Origin: Tubulanus polymorphus
Lineage: Eukaryota; Animalia; Nemertea
Direction of reading: 5' to 3'
NCBI RefSeq assembly: GCF_964204645.1
Contig: NC_134026.1
Coordinates: 27,996,150 to 28,060,149 of the forward strand
DNA length: 64,000 nt
The notes beneath the pieces were generated by a model. The model was not told the origin of the DNA. It made no database searches and saw only the letters and a list, made by a program, of their open reading frames with translations. Positions 45,401-58,300 of the stretch are shown one piece after another (position 1 is the first letter of the stretch; the number at the start of each line of letters is the position of its first letter). A program made the position numbers and the translations under genes.

Positions 45401-48400
45401 ACTTCGATTTCCATGGCTGTACGTTCAGCATTCGAAACATGTATGCGAAAGATAAGAGAGATGGAATGTCGAAGGAAGGATCTGGCAGAGTAGCTATTTA
45501 TAAAACTATCGGGATAATTCATAGGTAAGAAGAAAGTAAAAGGATCATTTTCACAGATGAGAACATTATTATTAACCTGTTATTAGTCTATATCTCACAC
45601 CTGATGATGATCTCTAGGGTGAGATCGAAACGTTGTGTATTCTATATATTTTAGATTGTTTGAATAAATAAATTCTTGTTTTTAAATTCTTTTAATCTGT
45701 AGATAGTTGGTTTTTATCTTACTATCCGTTCACCACGTTTGAGTGCGGTTATCGTTCTATCATTAACCTGTTTTCTTCATATTTGTAGTTATACGTTAGA
45801 ATGTAATTATAACACTGGACGTATGGTTAATAGTATACCACCGGCTTACGGTGATAACGGTAAAGCAACACCTCCACCTCTAGCAGGATTTCCACCTAAA
45901 TATACCATGAATCATTATGAAGATGTAAGTATGATATCAAAAATTCATGAAGACTAAAAATGTACAGCTTTTTTGCTGACTTTTGAGGTAACTTTGAAAG
46001 CCTGTAACTCAATAAGTGTTTGGGTTATATTCATCATGAATGTACCGCATGAAACAGAAGAACGTGCTTTTTCTAAGGGGCGTTAAATGTAATAGCCAGG
46101 AATAGCCAGAACCGTGTAATTAGCATTTATAAACTCCTATGAATGACTTTTAGTCTTAATGAATTTTTGATGATATGTAAAACTATATGTATCTTTGCTT
46201 ATAGATACTCAACTGAATATATGCATGTATTGCCTTTCAGGTTGGTAAAGCTCTTGCTATTGCCGCCTTAGATATGTATGAAATGAACCCTTGGTCTAGA
46301 ATAACGTTGTCAGAATTTAACAGCATTCATACAGTCAGAGAATGGGTACGACGATATTTAAGAGGCATTAGAGGTGGTAAAATGGTGAGAAATGTCACAA
46401 CATTGAAGCCCTTCAACGGTAGATCGAGGTAGATTGTGTTTTCAAATGAAATAACAGAATAGGTCAAAAGACATTCAGTAAAGATTGATTCATTATGGGT
46501 TGAATCTTTTTTTCAGTTTTCAGGCTAACAGTAACTCTAATAATGCATCTAAACCTCAGTTCAACCGTGTTACGTCATCAGAACCAGCATCCTTGTCGAA
46601 TGTAGCTACAACTTCAAATCGTGGAAATAACAGAAAACCACCTTTTATTCCATTCGCCAATAGAAATAAAGAACTGAAGCCAGTTAAAGATTCAATTCCG
46701 TGTATGTATGAGTGCAAAATGACTCAAAATTATTCGCGAATGATTAATTCATCAATTGAATGTTTATGGATTCTTGAATTTTTTCCAGCCAATCAGAAAC
46801 AAGTGAACCAACAGAAACCTAGACGACGCATGACGATTCCTGGATGTAGTCCACCAAACAATAAGAACAGCACAACTTCCATGACTACAAACAACAATAC
46901 CACTCCAAATACTGCACAAAAATCTAAAACTCCACCACCTGTTCCATTTGCTATTACTAACTTACCTAGTGGCCTGGATAAACTCTTTCCTAATTCTTGC
47001 CCGATGGAGAAACCCACAAAACATGCATTCGAAAGAGGTCAAAATATACCAAACCTACCGTATAGTCGCAGTGACACGCTGACAAAAACTGATATGAAAC
47101 AAGCTCTCGGTCTTCCTACTGCTAGCGGTACAGACTTGTTATCACTTCACAATAGTCCGTCGTACAAAATGAGCCACCGTCCGCTTAGAACTCAACAGCT
47201 GAATGCATCCGACAATAATGAGATGTTTAAACACAATTCAATGATGTCTACTTTGACCGAAGAAAATATTTCACCGAGGAACCTCGCCACTTCAACGTCT
47301 ACTCATTCAATCGAGGAAGAAAAAGTGAAACAGTTGAAAAATGTAAGATGTTATTACCGGTATCTCTTTTGTTTCATTTGTTGATTTGTAGTTGCCACTC
47401 TCTTACAAATTACTTTAACTTGCAGATATCTTTCCTGAAACCTAGACAGAAAGCACAGATGCCAATGCCTACAAAACCGCTTGATGCTCCAAAGTAAGTT
47501 GATATTTTGTTGTGTGTAAGTTTTTTCTCTTAATGTATCATTCATTCAATAGTGAATTATTGAGGAATTTACTGCTTGTCTTTTGGCCTCTAGCTTCTTT
47601 TCTATATTTGATTCTCCAGTGTTGTTACCTATACCGGTATACCTGTCATAATCTTGATGCACTGCACTATAATTCCATAGACATCAATTGCTGGCGTTCT
47701 ATTTTATCTTAATATAAACTTGAAGATATCCCTCATAACTTACTCTTTTGACAGAAAACCAGAGTTAAAAATGGCTGCTGTCCGTTTACATGTTGAGGAG
47801 ACTGGGTAAATAAATGTGATCGCTTTCATGGCAGTTTTTGTTCTTAAATGTAGTTATTTGCTTCATTGAAATACATCTCTTCTCTTAAAAAGGATTTTCG
47901 GAAGATGCTGCAAAGGAATTAAAAAGGAAGATGCAACCGTGTATTGAATTTTAAATCTGTTTTTTATCGGTTTCAAATCTTGCATGGGGAGAGATGTTTT
48001 TTCATGTCCTGTGGTGTTTCAATTATGCCATGGGTTTTCATAGGTGTTTTGATTACGTTAATCATTTGCATTTTAGAATGAGAAGGTGTGGTTTTACAGT
48101 GAGAAGGGCTTTGCTAAGAATCAGCATTTCTTTAATTGCTCATTACAGTCATTTCGCTTCATATCTGGCTCATTACTCATATCGATGATAGAAGCTACAT
48201 TACTAATGCTTCATTTTCCACCTTAAGAAAATAAGATTTGTTGAATTTCAGCTTTCTTTAGCGTCGCTATTCTGTTAGTTAGTTGAATCTATCGTGGTGT
48301 TTGCTATTTACTCATAGAAATTTGGGAGCATTTTTGGGAAATGCAGAATTTTGCTCTACAGAATCTTAACCTTAATTCTATTATTGCTCTGCTTATGATG

Positions 48401-49260
48401 ATATTGATTGGTGTCCCTGATTATCTATCTATTGTCCCTGAATATCTATCTATTATAGACATCCATCCATATCATACTAAACAACTTAAACCTTGCTTGC
48501 ATATATTTCTAGGTCGGATCCCCCTAAAAGAAAGTCCAACAAACCGTTGAGTACGAGGCGGAGAAGCTCTTCCCATAGTCCAAAAAGTGCCAAAGGTGCA
48601 AGGAAAAACAGTGGAACTGATAGTGATGCTGAAAAGAGAAGGCCCCGACGTAGGCGTCTTATAAAAAAGCTAAGGAAAGATTTATCATCTAATAGTGAAG
48701 GTAATCTATCTATCCCCCTTAAATCTGCATTATTATTACTCGGTATGTATATATATGGTAAATTGATATTTCATCCAGCTTTTTCTTTTCAAGATTATTC
48801 AAAATTTTAAATCAGTATTATGTTTCTGACAACTGTGTTTGTTACAGATGTTCCAATTGAGTTAAACAAGACACTAGAAGGATCAGCGGTACAGTTACAC
48901 TTCTCACCTCGGTAAGCTTATACTGTACATATTGATTTCAAGTTTTGAAGTTTTCACTTTTCTATTTATTAATTCATTCATCTTACCAGAAGAACGAGCA
49001 TCACCGATGATACTGATATGGCTGCGTTACAAAATGTAGAGTTGGTAAGTATATAATGTCAATGTGAACTGATATCAAAGAATCATTAGATTCCATTACA
49101 ATGCATGTACCTTACTTGAATATCTTCGTGACATTTCTATGAATTTATTTTTCAGGACTCTCCTGAAACAATTAGTACTGAATTGATTGATCTTCAAAAT
49201 CCGCACAATCATCAACATCAAAGCGGTACAAAAACTCCTCTATTCTGGGTGTCATGGTGA
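42487..49260 (+). CDS. AGBL5: Cytosolic carboxypeptidase-like protein 5 (tubulin deglutamylase CCP5)
   Basis: [93 protein letters not shown]. Long low-complexity C-terminus ending LFWVSW-TGA. Some 3' small exons are uncertain. Confidence 0.93.
43502..43629. mobile_element. MITE with 22-bp imperfect TIRs in an AGBL5 intron
   Basis: GGGGCTGGTTGTTCAAAAGTTG (43504-43525) vs CAACTTTTGAGCAACTTACCCC (43606-43627), with an inner palindrome GTGACAAT...ATTGTCAC. Confidence 0.7.
44145..44172. mobile_element. Tc1/pogo-type TIR fragment
   Basis: TACAGTGAACCTCGGTTAATCCG, a TA + CAGT start typical of pogo/Tigger MITEs. No partner TIR seen. Confidence 0.35.
45580..45770 (+). mobile_element. Penelope-like pseudo-LTR fragment
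   Basis: Hammerhead motif followed by an AT-rich stretch with AATAAATAAA, the layout typical of PLE pseudo-LTRs. Boundaries approximate. Confidence 0.55.
45597..45638 (+). ncRNA. Minimal type I hammerhead ribozyme motif
   Basis: ACAC-CTGATGA-T-GATCTC-TAGGGT-GAGATC-GAAA-CGTT-GTGT. Stem I ACAC/GTGT, 6-bp stem II, conserved CUGAUGA/GAAA core, palindromic AACGTT in place of stem III. Confidence 0.75.
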
Positions 49261-50694
49261 ACGATTAGTTACACTTGTATTAATGATTGATTTCGTTGAG
49301 ATGATAGTTTCATATCATCAGATTTACGCTAAGGTCACTGTCGTCGAATATGACGCTTAGTCGGAATAGCTGACGATCTTAAGGGTTACCTCTAGAACAA
49401 AGGGAAGAACACTAGACGCTATACTGTATTGACATTGCATATCTACCTTAAAGATAATATAGATACATGCAAATGAGCTGTAGTGCTTACTGATCAAACA
49501 TTGTATCATATCTTGAAATAGGAATTTAATGCAAGTTTTTGTTTCAATGTACAATTCAAGTTGCCTCATTGTGTCAACGTAATTCACGTGTCAATTGATG
49601 TTACAATGGTCTAGCCTTTTGATTTAGACTTTTTATGTGTTTTATGTCATTTCATATTGTTTGTGTATTTTGTAAGAAGACAGATTTTATCACAGGGTGT
49701 CAGTGCATATGAATTGATGACTTCTGAATTCCATTTGCGACAAACCGTGCTAAAAGAATGTCTTATATATTGAACCTCTTCTATAGTCTATGATTGAACC
49801 TGCTTTTATTTTGTTTCAAGGCATTCATTCTTGACCCAATTTGTAGATAAAAGCACAGACGCCCCACCCTGCAAAGAATATGAACGAAATAGAATATTTC
49901 TAAGAACTAGAGAAAGTTGTTCAGTAATATATGTTCGCCCCCAACATATCATTCAAAAAGGTCGAACATTATATTACCTCGAATACATTACGAACAAAAG
50001 GCTCATAGGTATCAAATGTTTATAGCGTGGCTTTTTTCTTTTATCCACCTAGTTTAAAGTGATCAATTTATCGTCCAATCTAGAGTTTATTTATTCTGCT
50101 CATCTTTTGTGTTTAGTTGGTGAATTTGATTCTAAACATCGTACTTTTTTTTCCGTATTTGTGATTTTTTTCAGAATTCGGGCATTCTTCGTGCCTGTTA
50201 GAATTTTGGAGTAAGAAAATTTTACTCCCGTTATTATTTAAGAAATGTATATTATGTGTGTATTCAGACATATCGAACTAAATTATATATTTTTTGAAAA
50301 GAAATTATACAAGATGATGTTTTGTTTTTATAATATTTAGAATAAAAGTTTTATGTGAATATTACTTCTTGACCTGATATTTACATTTATATTTTTTGAA
50401 GTGGTCGATTCTTAACTTTTTGACGAGTTCCAGTATCTACCGTCGATCTATTGAATCGTCTACGAAGAAATGTTATATCCAGTGCACCGCTGAATGCAAA
50501 CAGGATCTAAAGAAAGCTATCGAGGACGAGATATTTTTGGAGTATTTCAATGCTTCAATAATATAAACCGTCAATTAGAAATAGAATTTTTTTTCTGGTT
50601 GTGATTGGACTGGTGCACCGACTGGTCCTTATAGGATATATATGCATATTAGACTACACCTAGTTACAGTTTAGTCGGATTATAACGTCTGAAC

Positions 50695-53600
50695 ATGGGC
50701 AAAGATGAGGTAAAATATATATTTCGTCTTCAGGTATTATCGATACCACGCACTTTCGTTTGTTATAAATGCCAGAATTGGTAAGAAATCCATTCATTTC
50801 GTGTTTTCAGATCGAGCTACATTTATTCATGTATACAATGAATATAAACTAATGTAGATTCATAAGATTCCATGTGCGGTGTAAATCATTTTTGATATTA
50901 ATAGTAATAAATCCCTTTTATTTGAGTAAATTTTGACAAATACATACACATAGATGATTTCGCACATTGGCGGTTTGCATCTTGACGTTTTATAGGAGGA
51001 GCGTGAGGTGGATTTCTCCAAAGATGAAAATGAAGTTCGAGGAAACTGGAGCGGTCGGTTAGATTTCTTACTGTCCTGCCTTGGATGTGCCGTTGGACTC
51101 GGCAATGTCTGGAGATTCCCATATTTGTGTTACAAACATGGCGGTGGTGCCTTTCTAATCCCATACGTGATCATGTTGGTTTTTGTTGGCATGCCTGTCT
51201 TTTTCCTGGAACTTTCTCTTGGACAATTTTCCAGCAGTGGACTTCTCACGGCTTTCAGATTTTCGAAGATGTTTCAAGGTGAGTATTTGCACAGATTGAC
51301 GAAAAGGACAACGAAACGTGATCGAAGAAGATGAGGAGAATGAGAAATTTGTTGTCTTCATGTACTTCATAGGTATTGGAATGGGTATGGTTATAGTTTC
51401 TGCCTATGTTGCTATGTACTACAACATGGTCATTGCCTGGGGTATTTATTACCTATTTGCATCATTGGCAAAGGTATTGCCCTGGGAATCATGTGATAAC
51501 CCTTGGAATAATGCATGTAAGTCTTCCAGTTTTGAGGAATTATAACCACCATTTCCTTCGCAGAATATTCCTAACATATCTCTAAACATTTCAGATTGTT
51601 TCAAAAAGCTTCCCGATGCGGAGTGCATTACATCTACGGTAGTCCGTCAATCAAATGGTCTCTGCTATAATGCATCGAACGCCGCTCAAATTGTCGGATT
51701 GTGGAATGAAACCATCGCCAAAGCAGCTGGAATCAAACGACAATTACCAAGTGAACAATACTTCAAGTAAGTAGAAGCTCATTCCGACTTGTTTTCGCTG
51801 AACAATTTTCTTTCGAGTTAATGAGAACAAATCCGAATTTGTTTTGCAGTAATTATGTAATGGGAACAAGTTCAGGTATTGACAATATTGGTAACGTCAA
51901 ATGGCAACTGCTTCTTTGTTTGATATTGGCTTGGATACTTGTTTTCTTCTGTTTAATCAAGGGAATAAAATCATCGGGAAAGGTATAGTTTATAACCATA
52001 TATTATACTCCAAAATAACTCGGACATTTCAACTAATTTCTTAAGTTTATAAATACAGGTGGTGTACTTCACAGCTGTTTTCCCATACGTAGTTCTGGTA
52101 ATATTGCTGGTGCGAGGGGTTACCTTGGATGGTCACAGGGAAGGCGTCAGGTTCTACATTATTCCAAAATTTGAAAAGCTCCTCAACGCGAAGGTGCATT
52201 TTCCCGATTCCTTTGATGAAGTATTGAATCAAATAAAGAAAACAATAGATTATATTTTGCCACGACACGGTTATATTAAACTTTTTTCTATTGAAATAAT
52301 GTACTTTGCTATCCAGGTTTGGAGTGATGCAGCTGCCCAGATATTTTACTCATTGTCGGCTTCTTTCGGAGGACTCATAGCGTTATCAAGTTACAACCGC
52401 TTCCACAACAACGTCTTACGGTAAAACACTGTGGGGATTCATTTATATCATGTATAGTTTCAAGTTATACTTATATCAAACGTATCTACTTTACAGAGAC
52501 ACCCTCATAGTATCCCTCGGTAACTGTTTAACTAGTTTCTTTGCTGGTTTCGTCATCTTCTCTTTCCTTGGATTCCAAGCGCATACTATGAAAACAACGG
52601 TTGAGCAAGTTGCGGAATCAGGTATCTAATTTTTGTTCATTACTGAATCTGTGTTTTCTACAGACCTAAGTAAACATCGATATTCACCAATCAATTTCAG
52701 GACCTGGTCTTGCTTTCATAGTTTATCCAGATGCCATCACGAAAATGCCAATATCTCCATTGTGGGCTGTTTTGTTTTTCTTTATGTTAATTACACTGGG
52801 CATTGACAGCCAGGTTCGTTAAAACGATACGTTCGAATCATTTCAAAGGTTGGAAAACAAGCATCTAATATGAATTACTTGTTATTTAAGTTCGCGATGT
52901 TGGAAACGATCACTACGTCTATAATGGACCGGTTTGTCTATCTACGAAAGCGTAAAGTTTGGGTGATATTCACCACCTGTGTGGTTTTATTCCTCGCTGG
53001 ATTGCCATGTACAACAGAAGTAAGTTTCACTTATCCGTATTACTTGAAGTCGTGAATATACTAAATTGCATTGATATCTAATAGGGTGGAATATATGTTT
53101 TGAACTTGCTCGATGGGTACGCTGGAGGATGGTCCGTTCTACTAATTGGTTTGATGGAGTTTATCGCTATTGCGTGGGTCTACGGTTAGTATTAGATTTC
53201 TTATATTGAATTTATTTATAAGATCTGTTATTCAATCTATCGTTTCATGTTTTTTTGGGACGCATTTGGGTACACAGGTTCTGGAAGGTTCTGCAATGAT
53301 ATAAGGATTATGACTGGACATATGCCTTCAATGTGGTGGCAGGTTTGCTGGCGAGGATTTTCACCATTGCTCATTTTGGTATCTAAACGACTACCAATAT
53401 TTTCAAATTATTATATAGCATTATCAGTTAAACAATATCAAATACCATGAAACTGGATTAATTTTCAGTTTGTGTTTGTTTTCACATTTGTTGACTACGA
53501 ACCGTTGAAATATGGTGATTATGAATATCCGTATTGGGCTAATGTTCTCGGTTGGGTGATAGCTGTGACTGTCGTTATGTTTATACCATTCCGGATGATT

Positions 53601-54096
53601 TATGAAGTTATGACAACTAACGGAGACTGCAGAACCGTAAGCAGAGAGTTAATGTATTTGGAATTAACGAGATATTTCATTGATTCGAATGAATTCATGT
53701 TTTTGGTCGTTGTTTCTTAGAAGTTGAAGGAAGCGGCATCCCCTAGTGTATACTGGGGGCCAGCTCTTGTCAAACACCGTCGCTTGGTTGATTACGTGCC
53801 TAACTTTGTCGTCGACCCGTACAATACTGAAGCACAGACACATCAATTCACCCTCCAGCCACAGGATGAGGTAAAATGCGACAAAAATGTTTTCTTTGAA
53901 TACAATGATGGAAATGATTAGGTTATATACCAGAAAATATCCCTAATACACAAAGAGATTCTAATGCTTAACATCTTACATATCTTTGCAGAAGAAAGAG
54001 CCTTTAGATGTTTCCGAGACGTCTAAGACAGTACTCCCTGGGCCTGGGCCTGGCATCGAAATGGGAGTAAACCCTGGCTTCTATACAGCTGATTAG
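50695..54096 (+). CDS. SLC6 Na+/Cl- dependent amino-acid transporter, GlyT/PROT-like (tandem copy 1)
   Basis: MGKDE exon at 50695. [79 protein letters not shown]. Ends [11 protein letters not shown]. Confidence 0.92.
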
Positions 54097-55320
54097 GGTA
54101 GCATGGATTTCTGAAAAACTACTTAATTCAAATATAAAAGTACTAGTTTATTATGTTCTTTGAGTTATCTATTTACACTAGCTTATTCCATTAATTTATG
54201 TTACGGGGATTTGTCTCACCCTTTTTGTCTATGAATTTCTCCGACATGTTTTGATATAATATTATGTGTATTGTTCTCGGTTATTTAATTCTTTGTTGTT
54301 ATCAAATAATCTCAAATTTCGTTAAAAAAGATCTTGAGCTTCATAAACTTTAAATATTACTGCTATGTATCAATAATTCAATTTTATATGTATAGCGACT
54401 ACACTACAAATAAAGCGTTTAGTCTAAATTCGTTGTTTTTTTTTTATTTTCTAAACCTTTCTCTTCGCACCAGCCATCAGTATCAACTGATACAGAATCA
54501 ACCCGGTATGATGAAGCACGTCGTCTCGATTATCTGGTTCACTGCATGACAAAGGCGTCCATCAAAGTGTATGCTTACATTTTATTGACATTAATCAGAA
54601 TTTTAATGGGAAAATAACGTTGAGTTCATGATCGCCATATTATCAATGTGGTTTACCCCTGACGTATCAATCGAAAGATTATTGCATATATTTTTATAAG
54701 AAAATATAATCAAAATATGTCAACTATCTATAGCCGGATTAGATAAAATTCATTTTACATATCGAATGCATTACTGATCACAATAAAACCCAAATTACAT
54801 AAGATTTTACTCTTCCTGGTAATCGATCATACAAAACCCTCTGACAGAGGTAAATTATTCACCCAAATCTGCATGGAGAAGTCGTATATTATTCTTGTGT
54901 AGTTAAATTTTGTTCCCTTCGTTAGTTATTATTCAGTGGATATTGTAGAGCTGGAAATTACACAAAATGATGATAGAATCTTCTGCAGAAAGCCGGTAAT
55001 TATAAGCAAAATACGTTGCATGCTTGGTTTCACAATTGCCTTTTGTTTTCAAAACGTATTTGTTAACTGCTGGGCATGAATAGCTGAGGGCGTGTTTAAA
55101 CCTATGACATTGCGCAGTAAATGTAAGAAAGACCGTTGTTGTTTGTCAAAGTTAACTATTTCTAGCTGAATTACTGTCGGGGGTAGTCGAGCAATTATAC
55201 GGCAACCACATAGTTTACTTTCGAGTCTTAAACAGGTTATATATATGCGCTTTGTAATTTTCAATAAGGTGCGTACTGCAGACCTGGAGGGCGCGGCAAC
55301 CGGACTTACAGCAATCCGAA

Positions 55321-58300
55321 ATGGCGGATTACAATAATTCACAGAAGGCTCTAGTAAGTAAAAAAACCTCCTTTGATAGCCAATAAAAATGTTGAAGAAA
55401 TTACTTTTGATTTTGATTTTTTATAATACAATGTGAAGGCTCTGATAACAGAACTTTAATTCTAATTTACTTACAATAATGCTGGACTGGTCATTAATGC
55501 GAATTAGCAAAATTCCAACGTCAGTAATGGTAACTTATATGAACAAATATGCAATATTTGAAACAAAAAGTTCAGTATGATTAGAAAAATCATTCGGCAA
55601 AATAAATCATTGTTTTTGTGAATATGACTTAATCAACATTGGTTGGTAAGATTTGAGTTGTTGTGAAGGAGTAAGAGGTGTTTTAAGGGGTCGATTTTAT
55701 AAGTTTTATGGAAGGAATTTGCGCGTGTTATTATCAGACTTTGGGCGTAATCAATCAAATGAGTCACCGTCTCTACGGTAGAGATTTACAGTTCAAAATA
55801 TCCTGTTTTATTTCTTCAAAGAATATGGCAAAAGGTTCATAAAATGTATAGGGTTCAACTTACTTCGTGCCGAATACATGTCATGTATAAACATCAAAAT
55901 TCTTATCCAAACATTGCAGTTCAAGTACCTATCAATATTTCAATATTTCAACATTGTTTATAAAGTAGGGGCCTCTACTTTTATTAGCCCGACAAAATAA
56001 TTGGTTAATAAAAATATCTTATCAACAAAAAAGAAGACCATCAACCCCAGAGTCAATTTCATGTACAGCTATTTCATAGAAACAATAGTTGTCTACTCGT
56101 GAGCTTATGAATTTAGACATTTAGGTCATATTTTATTTCTCTTTCATAGCAAGCGAATGATGTTAACTTGGAACTGAATGAAGATGTCGGAAAACAGGAT
56201 TTCTCCAAAGATGAAAACGAAGAGAGAGGAAACTGGAGCGGTCGGTTAGATTTCTTACTGTCCTGCCTCGGATATGCTGTTGGACTCGGTAATGTCTGGA
56301 GATTTCCGTATCTGTGTTATCGTAACGGCGGGGGTAAGTGGTAAATGCATTGTTTTCCATTGTTTTATCTCAATAATCATACTCGCCAAGAAGTCTTATT
56401 TGCGATTTCCAGGTGCTTTTCTTATTCCATACGTCATTATGATGGTATTCGTCGGAATGCCAATTTTCTTCATGGAACTTTCTTTGGGTCAGTTTTCGAG
56501 TAATGGACCACTGACCTGCTGGAAGTTTGCACCGTTTTTCGGAGGTAAGTTCGTTATGCTATTGCAAACCTCTTTCAACGTGTTGTACACACATAGTCTC
56601 ATGTACATGCAAAATGAATGCCTAAATACTTAAACATTCCAGGCGCATGCCAGGGTTTTTTTTCACTTCGCGCTCCTTCAGCAGATCCTTAAATACAGTC
56701 TTAAATATAGTTCATAGCTTTTGTTGAAAATTTCCCTGTCAAATTCTTTTAAAGATTTGCTATCCAAAATGGCATCAAATAGTTTAATGAGATACAAGCA
56801 GAGGAAGAATTGAAGAGTGAAAACTTTAATTATTATGTTATGATTTGTTCAGGTATTGGTATAGGTATGACAATTGTATCAGCTCTGGTAGCGATTTATT
56901 ACAATATGATAATCGCCTGGTCACTGTTTTATACCTTCGCCTCGTTTACCAGTTACCTTCCATGGCAAGATTGCGACCGAGAATGGAATACTGGAAGTAA
57001 GTTTATAGATAGATATCTCAGCCAAATGGTTGGACAGGTATTCTCTCCAAGTGTCAAAAATTATTTGAAAGTTACAATCTGAAATCAAGACCATGTCTTC
57101 GAGATCAATCTGAATGTGGTCATATTCGGATTTACGAATTAAGATCCATTTCACGTAAAATCATTTCGACTCGATGCAGATGATATGAAGTGTTATTGTG
57201 TATGAAGTATGTCGAATAGAATATCATTAGAAAGTCTTGAACTTTAAATTTCAGCTTGTTACGATAAAATTCCGGATATGAAGTGCAACACCCCTGGACT
57301 TCTAATGGGTGTAAACGGAACTTGTTTGAACGCGACGACCAATATGATTGTTGGTCTGTGGGACGAAACAAAAGCCAGAAATGACCTCGGAATAAAACGT
57401 AAAAGCGCCAGTGAAGAATATTTCAAGTATGAAGATAACGAGTTTTGGATTGCATTTTTTAGTTCAGATATTTATTGGGAAAATAAAAAATTTTCACCGC
57501 CGCTTAAATAACGAAATGTTATGTTTTTCAGTAACTATATGCTTGGAATAAGCGACGGATTTGAAGATTTCGGATTTCCTCGTTGGCAGCTGATATTGTG
57601 CTTATTACTGGCGTGGGTAATCGTTTTCTTGTGCTTATCAAAAGGAGTGAAATCATCGGGCAAGGTATGGGCTTACACACAAACATTTTTGATTTGCAGC
57701 GGGACAGAAACGTCTGTAGTACGAGTTCGAATAATTTTCATTGTAGGTAGTTTATTTCACGGCATTGTTCCCGTACATTGTGCTTATCATTTTACTGATC
57801 CGCGGAGTTCTATTAGACGGTCATCTAGATGGTATCAGATTTTACATTATTCCAAGGTGGGAGACACTAACTGACGCAAAAGTAAGTTTCTGAAATGGTT
57901 GTATTAGAAAGTTTCCCAAAATATTCTAGGCTTTATTAATTCCGAATTCTATAATCCTAACTAATATGAGAATTATATTTATTCAGGTATGGATTGATGC
58001 TGCCGTGCAGATATTCTTCTCGTTGTCCGCATGTTGGGGAGGTCTTATAACACTGTCTAGTTATAACCGATTCCACAACAATGTCCTCAGGTATACTTTC
58101 ATATTTCTATGTATAAATGATAGTTAAAACTGATAATAGACATGTTCCTTTTTTAAACCTTACAGAGACAGCATAATTGTGTCACTGGGTAATTGCTTGA
58201 CAAGTTTCTTCGCTGGTTTTGTCATTTTCTCATTCCTTGGATTCCAAGCGAAACAGATGCATACAACTGTTGATAAAGTAGCGACTAGCGGTTTGTAGTA

